The translations under genes and the position numbers were made by a program. A DNA stretch of 64,000 nt from an uncultured Chloroflexia bacterium (lineage in GTDB: Bacteria; Chloroflexota; Limnocylindria; QHBO01): the NCBI GenBank assembly GCA_963825525.1, contig CAWGTN010000002.1, positions 32,001 to 96,000 on the forward strand, read 5' to 3'. How positions within the stretch are numbered: the first letter of the stretch is position 1; the number at the start of each line of letters is the position of its first letter. Of the stretch, positions 56,411-64,000 are shown in pieces. Under the pieces are notes generated by a model, which saw nothing but the letters and a program-made list of their open reading frames with translations, was not told where the DNA came from and did not search any database.

Positions 56411-56584
56411 ATGCAGACTCCCGAACCGTCCCGCGTCGCGCTCGTCTCCCGGATCCCACCGCAGCCGGACCCGAATCGGCTGATGCGCACGTGCGCGAAC
56501 TGTGGGTCGGAGATGGAGGAGCGGAAGTGCAAGCTCATCTGCCGCGGCTGTGGATACTTCCTGAGCTGCTCTGATTACTACTGA
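56411..56584 (+). CDS. Small Zn-ribbon protein (CxxCG...CKLICxxCGY..SCSD)
   Basis: 57 aa, Cys pattern; TACCCT -10 box 7 nt upstream. Confidence 0.75.
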   Translation: MQTPEPSRVALVSRIPPQPDPNRLMRTCANCGSEMEERKCKLICRGCGYFLSCSDYY

Positions 56585-56596
56585 GTTCCCGCTCGC

Positions 56597-57325
56597 TTAC
56601 TGCACGGACCCGAAGAAGCGCATGGTGGCCATCATGCGGTCGAGCACGCCTCGATTGATGTCGAAGGTGCCACCCATCTTCGTGTCGGTGCGGGCCACGA
56701 GATTTGGGCCCTGCTCCAGCGTCGGTCCCAGCTGCACGACGTACTCGTAGGAGCCGCCGTCGCTGCCGTCGGCCGTGCCGTCGATCTCGAGCCGGACCGC
56801 TGGCTGCGTCCCACCCACGACGATGTTCTCGCTGCTGAGCACTCGGCGCGGGTATTCACGAACGCCGCTGACCACGAAGATCTCGATTGCGATCTCATCG
56901 GGCACGACATTCGGATCCGGCACCTCGTAGAAGGTGGGGCTGAACCAACTGCACGACGGCACCTTGCCGATATCGGTGTTGGTCCACCAGTCCTCAGGAA
57001 AGTCGAGCCGATAGCCGTCGCGTGAGCTCTGGCACTCGTCACGATCCAGGAACAGGGCATCCGCACCGGGGTTCGATGGGATGCCGAATCCGCCGGGTCC
57101 GATCGTGGCACTTGCCGAGGCGCTCGGAACGGTCGACTCAGGAACGCTTGGGGTGACGCTCGGTGAAGGTTGCGACGTGGCCGTCTCTGACGGACTGCTC
57201 GACGGCGTCGGCTCGGGCGTCAGGGCGGGGGACGAACTCGCCGACGGGCTGGGCGTGGACGTGCATGCGCCAAGCAGAAGAATGCACGCAAGCGGCAGCA
57301 GGGCTCGCCGGGCCGATCGATTCAT
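56597..57325 (-). CDS. Putative lipoprotein with a Ser/Pro/Thr linker
   Basis: LLLGAC lipobox; GYRLDFPEDW (PsbP-like segment). Confidence 0.75.
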   Translation of the reverse strand: MNRSARRALLPLACILLLGACTSTPSPSASSSPALTPEPTPSSSPSETATSQPSPSVTPSVPESTVPSASASATIGPGGFGIPSNPGADALFLDRDECQSSRDGYRLDFPEDWWTNTDIGKVPSCSWFSPTFYEVPDPNVVPDEIAIEIFVVSGVREYPRRVLSSENIVVGGTQPAVRLEIDGTADGSDGGSYEYVVQLGPTLEQGPNLVARTDTKMGGTFDINRGVLDRMMATMRFFGSVQ

Positions 57326-57373
57326 ATCCCAAGCCTACAGTGATCCAGGCACCGGAATGGGCCCGGAGCCTGG

Positions 57374-58291
57374 TCAGGGGGTGAACTCCACGGGGTCGGT
57401 CCTGACCGGCCCGTGCCTGGCAAGCTGCGCCAGGAGGACCCCGGCGACCACGAGCGCTCCGCCGACCAGCTGCGATGGCCCCAGCGCCTGACCAAGAAGC
57501 CACCATGCCAGGCCGGCGGCGAGCACGGGCTCCGCGGTCGTGGCGATGCCGGCCACCGCCGACGAGATCCAGCGCAGGGCCGCCACCGTCAGAGCGAAGG
57601 GGATCAGCGTCCCCAGCAGCCCGACGGCGACCACCCGCCAGGCAATGTCCGGATTGGCCAGGAGGTGGAGTGGCCACGTCCAGAGCGGAACGATGACGGT
57701 CCAGATCGCCGCCGCCACCAGGAAGCCGATGAACAGCGTGGTGGCCGGGTGCGTGCCTCGCCGCCCGGCAACCTCCGCCGCCACCAGGTAGCCCGCGAAG
57801 GTCAGCGCCGATGCAACACCGGCCAGGAGACCGCTCTGGTCGAGCGAGCCTGCTGATCCGGCAAGCGCCCCGCTGACGAGGATTGCCCCGAACAGCGTCA
57901 GTCCGCCGGCCGCCCAGACCGAGGCGGCGGGTGTCCTGCGTCCGACGAGCGCCGTCCCGGCCAGGACCAGGACAGGCGCCGTGTATTGCAGTGAGATCGC
58001 CACGCCGACCGGGACGCGGTCGATGGCCACGTAGTACGCGTAGTTGACGGCAACGATGCAGGCGCCGAAGACGATGAGGGGCACCGCCGCGTGGCGTGGG
58101 GGACGCACCAGATCTCGACGCGCGATGGCCAGGTAGAGCGCCAGCGGGACGAGGGCGACAACCACGCGCGCCTCGGCAAGCTGTTCCGGGGTGATGCCCA
58201 GGCGGAAGGCTCCCGCGGCGATGATCGCATTTGCCGCCCAGCATGCTGCGGCCACGACGCACGCCAAGGTCGCCAGCAGCGCGGGGCTCAT
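57374..58291 (-). CDS. EamA/DMT transporter
   Basis: VPVGVAISLQYTAPV, EPVLAA, ~10 TM segments. Confidence 0.9.
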   Translation of the reverse strand: MSPALLATLACVVAAACWAANAIIAAGAFRLGITPEQLAEARVVVALVPLALYLAIARRDLVRPPRHAAVPLIVFGACIVAVNYAYYVAIDRVPVGVAISLQYTAPVLVLAGTALVGRRTPAASVWAAGGLTLFGAILVSGALAGSAGSLDQSGLLAGVASALTFAGYLVAAEVAGRRGTHPATTLFIGFLVAAAIWTVIVPLWTWPLHLLANPDIAWRVVAVGLLGTLIPFALTVAALRWISSAVAGIATTAEPVLAAGLAWWLLGQALGPSQLVGGALVVAGVLLAQLARHGPVRTDPVEFTP

Positions 58292-58324
58292 GGGCCCGAG
58301 CCTACAGGACCTGCGAGGTGCGGA

Positions 58325-59680
58325 TCAGCGCGCGCTCTTGCCCTGGATGAGCGCATCGTCCGCGCGCAGGAACGTGTCGCGCAGTGACTCGCCGAGGACG
58401 GCGCCGGCGGTGCCGATCGAGATGCTGAGGCGAAGGTCGGGATGGCTGCCGCGCCAGGAGTCCGTGGCCGCCGCGATGCGTTCGCTCACGACCGCGAGGC
58501 CATCGCGCTCGGTTTCCGGCAGGATTGCCGCGAACTCGTCGCCGCCGAGGCGGACCACCACGTCGCTCTCGCGCAGCGCATCGCGAAGCACATCGGCGGC
58601 TGCGACGAGGATCTCGTCCCCTCCACCGTGGCCAAATCGATCATTCGTGAGCTTCAGGTGGTCGACGTCGAGCGAGAGAAGCGCAACTGGTCGACCGTGT
58701 CGGGTGAACAGGGCCTCCTCACGGCGCAGTGCCTCCTCCCAGGCGATTCGGTTGCCGAGCCCGGTCAGTGGATCCGTTCGAGCCTCGCGGGCAAACTGGT
58801 CCCGCTCACGAGAGAGCTCCTCTCGTGCCGCTGCCTGCGCCAGGAGGACCTCGGCCGCGTCGGCGATCGATCGCCCGACGCGCTGGCAGAGGAGCGTGAA
58901 TCCGCGGGCCCGATCCGTGGTGTGCCCCACCATGAGCGTGGCCATCGGCGAATCGGTCCCGATCCGCAAGGCGAATCGCGACACCAGGCTGATGCCCAGG
59001 GGATCGGCATCGATCTCCTGTTCGACCAGGGAATCGGTCGCCACTCGCTCGGCCAGTGACTCGAGATCGGGCCGCAGCTGCGGGTTCTGCGAGATGCGCG
59101 CCCACGCCGTGCCGCCGCCGGCGATCACCGAGCGCTCCCCATCACGGAACAGCACGACGCCGACCTCGCATCCGAGTGCGGTGGCTGCGGCCGCACCGAC
59201 ATGCGCGGCCGTGGCCGCGATCGTCTCGGGCCGGTACTCCATGAGCTGGCGCACCGCGTGGACCACCTCGAGCTCATCGGCAAGCAGCTTCGACGATGGG
59301 ATGTCGCCGCACGCAGCCGCGGACTCGGCTGCCGCGCGCAGGAGCTCACCGTCTGATGGGCCGATCGGTTGGCCGGAGCCGAACACCACCAGGTGACCGT
59401 CCCCGAGGGGAATGAGCGCCGCGTTTGACGACCAGTACGGGCCGACGATGCGGCGCGGCTCGCCGCTCTCCACGTGGCGTGCTCGGCCTCGCCGAATCGT
59501 CTCGGCGGCCAGCGGTTCCTCGGCGAGCGGCACGTCCACCACGCCTGCCCAGCCGATGCCGCGTCCCGCTCCACCCAGGAGGGAGAGCTCGAGGTCGCGC
59601 CGGACGAAGACGAGGATGTCGTCGACCCCGAGCGCGGCAGCCATGTCCGCGCAGCCGTGGTTCTCCTCCACGCCGTTCAC
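58325..59680 (-). CDS. GAF-type sensor diguanylate cyclase (GGDEF)
   Basis: TDPLTGLGNR, NDRFGH, RESD I-site, RLGGDEF; GTGA overlap with the upstream gene. Confidence 0.9.
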   Translation of the reverse strand: MNGVEENHGCADMAAALGVDDILVFVRRDLELSLLGGAGRGIGWAGVVDVPLAEEPLAAETIRRGRARHVESGEPRRIVGPYWSSNAALIPLGDGHLVVFGSGQPIGPSDGELLRAAAESAAACGDIPSSKLLADELEVVHAVRQLMEYRPETIAATAAHVGAAAATALGCEVGVVLFRDGERSVIAGGGTAWARISQNPQLRPDLESLAERVATDSLVEQEIDADPLGISLVSRFALRIGTDSPMATLMVGHTTDRARGFTLLCQRVGRSIADAAEVLLAQAAAREELSRERDQFAREARTDPLTGLGNRIAWEEALRREEALFTRHGRPVALLSLDVDHLKLTNDRFGHGGGDEILVAAADVLRDALRESDVVVRLGGDEFAAILPETERDGLAVVSERIAAATDSWRGSHPDLRLSISIGTAGAVLGESLRDTFLRADDALIQGKSAR

Positions 59681-62421
59681 GAGGCAAGAACCTGGGTGAT
59701 CGACGAGTCGGTGGCGACAAGGCGGGTGGCCGCGATCGGGTCCATCGGCCGCGCCAGGAGATAGCCCTGCCCGTAGTTCACGCCCAGCTCGCGCAGCCGA
59801 TGAAGCTGTCCCTCGTCCTCGATTCCCTCGGCCACGGTGAAGAGGCCCATCGCCGCGCCGAGCTGGATGACCGAACGGACGAGTGCCGTCTCGGTCTGAC
59901 CGGGCCGCAGCTGAGCCACGAAGCTCTGGTCGATCTTCAGGATGTCGATCGGGAACCGGGACAGGTAGCTCAGCGAGCTGTAGCCGGTGCCGAAGTCATC
60001 CAGCGCAATGTGGACGCCGAGCGCCTTCAGCTCGCGGAGGCGACCCTCGTCATCCTGCATCAGGCCGGACTCGGTGAGCTCGACGATCAGCCGGTCCGGA
60101 TCGAGCCCCGCGGCGTCGAGTGCGGCGCGGACCGTGGAGGTGATCGAGGCATCCTGGACCTGGCGCGGCGAGATGTTGACGCTGATGTGCAGCGGCCGGA
60201 CGCCCGTCGCGTTCCATGCCTGGGCCTGGCGGCAGGCCTGGTCGAGGACCCATTCGCCGATCGGCACGATGAGGCCCGTCTCCTCGGCCAACGGAATGAA
60301 GTCGTTCGGCATGACCTCGCCGCGGTCCGGGTGGCGCCATCTGAGCAATGCCTCGAAGCCACTGAGCTGCCCGTCCTGCAGGTCGAAGACCGGCTGGTAT
60401 CGCAGTCGAAGCTCGGAGCGCTCGACGGCTCGCTCGAGATCGGCCTTGAGCTCGAGGCGGTTGAGTGCCGCGGTATGCATGCTCGCCTCGAACACCTCGG
60501 TCCGACCCTTGCCGCGCCCCTTGGCCGTGTACATCGCCACATCGGCGTTGCGCAGCAGCTCGTCGGCGGTCTTCGTTTCGGGTCCCGATAGCGCAATCCC
60601 GATGGAGCCCGCAATGTGGACCTGCTTGCCGGCAACCTCGAACGGGCTGCACAGGGCATCCGTCAGCCGCTCGGCCACGATCCCGAACAACGCCGCATCA
60701 TTCGTCTCGAGCAGGATCGCGAACTCGTCGCCGCCCAGGCGACACACGGTGTCCTCGGGACGAAGCGCACCACGGAAGCGCTCGGCGACGGCCTGCAGGA
60801 CGTGGTCTCCGGCCGCGTGCCCCAGCGAGTCGTTGATCGTCTTGAAGTCGTCGAGGTCCAGGAACAGCACGGCCAGCGCCACGGAGCCTCGGCGGGCGAG
60901 GGCGTGCTGCACGCGGTCGATGAACAGCGCGCGGTTGGCGAGACCCGTCAACGGATCGTGGAACGCCTCGTGGACGAGCTGCCGCTCGAGGTCACGACGC
61001 TCGCTGACGTCCCGATAATTGACCACGATTCCGCCCACGGCGGGGTCCTCAGAGAGATTTCGCGCGGTGACCTCGATGTCACGCCACGATCCGTCGGCGT
61101 GCCGCGCCCGGCCCTCGAGGACGCGGACGAGCTCCGGGGATCGCAGGAGCTCGCCGAACGTCGCCTTCGCGGCCGCAATGTCGTCCGGGTGGATGATGTC
61201 GAACATGGACTGTCCGACCCGTTCGCCTGGCCGGTAGCCCAGCACCCGTTGCACGGCCTCGCTCTGGTAGGTGACGGTGCCGTCATCGGCAAGGATGAGC
61301 ATGACATCGGACGAGTTCCGGACGAGAGAACGAAAGCGCTGCTCGCTGAGCGTCAGGTGCGCTACGGCGGTTCGCTCGCGGTCAATGCTGGCCTCCGCCT
61401 CGTCGACCAGCCGGCCGCGCTCCCCGAGCAGGATCGTCTGCCGCGCGATGATCAGCGTGAGCACGATGCCGATCGACGCGTCCACCAGGAGCCCCGCGAG
61501 GTCGCCTCGGTGGGGAGTCAGGATGTGGTTGAGGACCAGGAGGATCGGCGCCAGGGTGGCCGTCGCCACCGGAAGTGCGGACCGAATCCGCGCGTAGCGG
61601 GCGGCTCTCGCTGGGTCGGCATGGATCGCGGGCGTCCACGTCGCGCTTCCATAGGCTGTGATCGTCACGCCGATGGCCGTGACCAGCTCGGCGCCGATGG
61701 CTACCTGCCCGACGCTGTCGGCAAGCAGCACCCAGATCATGCCGGCGGCGACGATGGGCAGCCCCACGGCGACGACCAACCATCCATGGAGTCCGCCGGG
61801 AGGGTTCGCGGCGAGGTAGATGACCACCAGTGAGCCGATGACGCCGGCAAAGACCACGACGTTTGCGGCCAGTGGCACGACGTCCGGCCGGGTGCCGATC
61901 AGTCGGCTGAGCGCCAGGATCGCGATGCCGGCCACGGTGAAGAAGACCGTCGCGGCGTCGATGTAGATGGACCGAGCCTCGCTGCGCGCGAAGCGCCCGT
62001 GGAACGCGGTGCCCCACATGGCGACCGTGACACCCGCAATCGCCGCCAGGCAGGCGAGCTCGATGGCGAACCATGGGACCGGTTCACCCTCCCCGATCCT
62101 TCCCAGGCTGCGCGCGACCTGGAGTGTCAGCCAGAGCACCGTCGCCGAGACCAGGAGACCTCGGTAGCGCCGCACCCGGCCCTCGGCAAGGCCAGCCGAT
62201 CGCACGGCGATCGAGGTCGCGACGAGCGCGGCTCCGATCGCCAGGGCGTATCGACTGAATGGGCCGAGGTCGCCGGAGGAGGCTCCGACGAGGGCCACGA
62301 CGGACAACGCGATGAGGCCGGCAACGAGCACCGGCAGCAGCGCACCGCGGTCACGCTCGCGCTCGCGCTCCTCGGTACGCGCGACAGCCGGCAGCGGCAG
62401 GACGCCTGAAGAGTGGCTCAC
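59677..62421 (-). CDS. Membrane PAS-GGDEF-EAL c-di-GMP enzyme
   Basis: ~9 TM segments; PAS (IHPDD); RPED/GGDEF; EALLRW; DDFGTGYSS. Confidence 0.93.
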   Translation of the reverse strand: MSHSSGVLPLPAVARTEERERERDRGALLPVLVAGLIALSVVALVGASSGDLGPFSRYALAIGAALVATSIAVRSAGLAEGRVRRYRGLLVSATVLWLTLQVARSLGRIGEGEPVPWFAIELACLAAIAGVTVAMWGTAFHGRFARSEARSIYIDAATVFFTVAGIAILALSRLIGTRPDVVPLAANVVVFAGVIGSLVVIYLAANPPGGLHGWLVVAVGLPIVAAGMIWVLLADSVGQVAIGAELVTAIGVTITAYGSATWTPAIHADPARAARYARIRSALPVATATLAPILLVLNHILTPHRGDLAGLLVDASIGIVLTLIIARQTILLGERGRLVDEAEASIDRERTAVAHLTLSEQRFRSLVRNSSDVMLILADDGTVTYQSEAVQRVLGYRPGERVGQSMFDIIHPDDIAAAKATFGELLRSPELVRVLEGRARHADGSWRDIEVTARNLSEDPAVGGIVVNYRDVSERRDLERQLVHEAFHDPLTGLANRALFIDRVQHALARRGSVALAVLFLDLDDFKTINDSLGHAAGDHVLQAVAERFRGALRPEDTVCRLGGDEFAILLETNDAALFGIVAERLTDALCSPFEVAGKQVHIAGSIGIALSGPETKTADELLRNADVAMYTAKGRGKGRTEVFEASMHTAALNRLELKADLERAVERSELRLRYQPVFDLQDGQLSGFEALLRWRHPDRGEVMPNDFIPLAEETGLIVPIGEWVLDQACRQAQAWNATGVRPLHISVNISPRQVQDASITSTVRAALDAAGLDPDRLIVELTESGLMQDDEGRLRELKALGVHIALDDFGTGYSSLSYLSRFPIDILKIDQSFVAQLRPGQTETALVRSVIQLGAAMGLFTVAEGIEDEGQLHRLRELGVNYGQGYLLARPMDPIAATRLVATDSSITQVLAS

Positions 62422-62452
62422 CGGCTGAGCGTAGGTCCCCCTCCCGGGGGAG

Positions 62453-62474
62453 GGCCATGGCCCTATCGGGCTAT
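62453..62474. promoter_or_regulatory. Palindromic operator GGCC-ATGGCCC-N4-GGGCTAT
   Basis: Matches 36228-36249; 23 nt upstream of the -10 box (TACGCT). Confidence 0.5.
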
Positions 62475-62488
62475 GCGCTCAGGCGCGG

Positions 62489-63091
62489 TCACTCCTCGAC
62501 CAGGTCCATCTCGACCAGATGCTCGGCAAGGAACCACACCTGGAGCTCGTGCCGGCGCAGGACGTCGCCCATCAGCAGGTCATTCGAGCCCCAATCCTTG
62601 GATTCCTCGGTCGTCTCGATGTCCTCGCGCACCTTGCCGATGATCGTCTCGTGCGCCTGCAGCAGGCGGGTGATCTGCGCGGGCACGTCCTCCGCCCCGT
62701 CCGGCGCGCGCTCGATCGTGGTCAGTTCGGCCGCGTGTCGGGGATCGCCGACCGCGATGCCGCCGAGCGCCTGGACGCGCTCGGCAAGGAGGTCGATCAG
62801 CTCGAGCTGCTCCTCGGCGTGCTTGTCGAACAGGAGGTGGAGCTGGTAGAAGGTTGGCCCGGCCACGTTCCAGTGCGCCTTCTTGTAGAGGGCATACAGG
62901 ATGGTGGTGTCCGCCAGGACCTCGTTCAGGAGGTCGCTGCTCTCTCGGCGGACCCTCTCGTCGAGGCCGATCGGCAACGCGCGCATCGCCGTGAACTTCT
63001 GAACTTCCTCGCCCAGCGTTGCATACGTCGGGCTGGCGCGATGGCCGTTGCCGTTGCTCGTCGCGCGCTTGGTTCGTGTGGTGGTGCTCAT
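62489..63091 (-). CDS. dps: DNA starvation/stationary phase protection protein Dps
   Basis: KKAHWNVAGPTFYQLHLLFD, DLLAERVQALGG; basic N-terminal tail. Confidence 0.93.
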   Translation of the reverse strand: MSTTTRTKRATSNGNGHRASPTYATLGEEVQKFTAMRALPIGLDERVRRESSDLLNEVLADTTILYALYKKAHWNVAGPTFYQLHLLFDKHAEEQLELIDLLAERVQALGGIAVGDPRHAAELTTIERAPDGAEDVPAQITRLLQAHETIIGKVREDIETTEESKDWGSNDLLMGDVLRRHELQVWFLAEHLVEMDLVEE

Positions 63092-63189
63092 ATCGGGGTC
63101 TCCAGTGCATCGAAGGAATCGATGGTGGCGCCAGTGCATTCTCCGGGCCACACCAGACCCCCGTCAGTGCAATGGCTAGGATTGGATGC

Positions 63190-63933
63190 ATGGCGAATCC
63201 CAGGGTCGTCGCAATCACCGGCGCCGGCGGTCTCATCGGCGGGTTGCTGACCGAGCACCTGTCCGGCCGATACGAGGTTCGACCCCTCCACCGGGAGGAT
63301 GCTGACATCACCGATCTCGGGGCCGTCGAGCGAGCCTTCCGCGGCGTCGACGCCGTGGTGCATCTCGCCGCGGCGGCCGACGTCGACTCGCGGTGGGACG
63401 AGGTGCTCGCGGCGAATCTCATCGGCGCCTACAACGTGTACGAGGCCGCGCGGCGTGCCGGCGTGGATCGCGTGGTCTTCGCGAGCTCGAACCACGCCGT
63501 CGGCATGTACCAGTGGGACGACGTTGGATTCACTGATCCCGGCAACCCGGCGATCGTGCCCGCCGACGCTCCCGTCCGGCCCGACTCCCTCTACGGGGCG
63601 AGCAAGGTGTGGGGAGAGGCGGTCGGCCGCTTCTACGTCGAGCGCCTCGAGGCATTGAGCGTGGTCTGCCTCCGCATCGGCTGGGTCACCGAGAATGACG
63701 AGCCGCCCACGCCTCTCCATGCGGCCCGCAAGGAAATCCAGCACGTCCGCGAGCGTGGGCCGGCCATGTGGCTCAGCCAGCGCGACTGCATGACGCTCAT
63801 CGAGGCGGCGCTGCTGACCGACGAGCGATTCGCCGTCGTCTACGGCGTGAGCGACAACACCGGCCGCTGGCTCAGCCTGGGGGAAGGGGAGCGGCTCCTC
63901 GGGTGGCAGCCACAGGACGGCTTCCGGCCGTAA
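63190..63933 (+). CDS. NAD(P)-dependent epimerase/dehydrogenase (uronate dehydrogenase-like SDR)
   Basis: TGAGGLIG, FASSNHAVG, YGASK, CLRIGW. Confidence 0.88.
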   Translation: MANPRVVAITGAGGLIGGLLTEHLSGRYEVRPLHREDADITDLGAVERAFRGVDAVVHLAAAADVDSRWDEVLAANLIGAYNVYEAARRAGVDRVVFASSNHAVGMYQWDDVGFTDPGNPAIVPADAPVRPDSLYGASKVWGEAVGRFYVERLEALSVVCLRIGWVTENDEPPTPLHAARKEIQHVRERGPAMWLSQRDCMTLIEAALLTDERFAVVYGVSDNTGRWLSLGEGERLLGWQPQDGFRP

Positions 63934-63945
63934 TGGCCCGCGGGA

Positions 63946-64000
63946 TCAGGCCCGGTACTCGCTGATCTCGAACAGGTTGGCGTCCGGATCCCGGAAGAAG
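63946..64000 (-). CDS. C-terminal end of a VOC family protein (partial)
   Basis: FFRDPDANLFEISEYRA*. Confidence 0.7.
   Translation of the reverse strand, partial: FFRDPDANLFEISEYRA

Overview
High-GC bacterial chromosomal window. It resembles Chloroflexota (Limnocylindria/Ellin6529-like), but this is an inference from gene style only. The first ~10 kb is an accessory patch: two divergent FAD oxidoreductases, small lipoproteins, RibD/DHFR-like, EamA and VOC genes, an orphan methyltransferase, an ssb remnant, a tRNA-3'-like scar and a three-copy ~21-bp motif. Housekeeping genes follow: fpr-metG-tatD, CIRCE-controlled groES-groEL, pcrA-(DinB-like x2)-ligA, gatC-gatA, gatB and hisN. After these lies a signalling/surface block with a NarL-type two-component system, a ~9.65-kb secreted S8-protease/cadherin-like giant gene carrying 11 near-identical 306-bp repeats, three c-di-GMP enzymes, a J-domain protein, DUF885 and dps. 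No complete rRNA/tRNA gene, CRISPR array or transposase was seen. Many single-base indels (metG, MFS, aminotransferase, response regulator, giant gene) most likely reflect long-read consensus errors. The most notable observations are: (1) a MetRS in the normal metG-tatD position whose HIGH motif reads ALHS and whose GKDI reads GKNI; (2) 18-bp palindromes 21-23 nt upstream of the -10 boxes of the giant adhesin gene, its divergent neighbour and both membrane PAS-GGDEF-EAL genes; (3) pervasive leaderless-type promoters (TANNNT 6-9 nt before the start codon).
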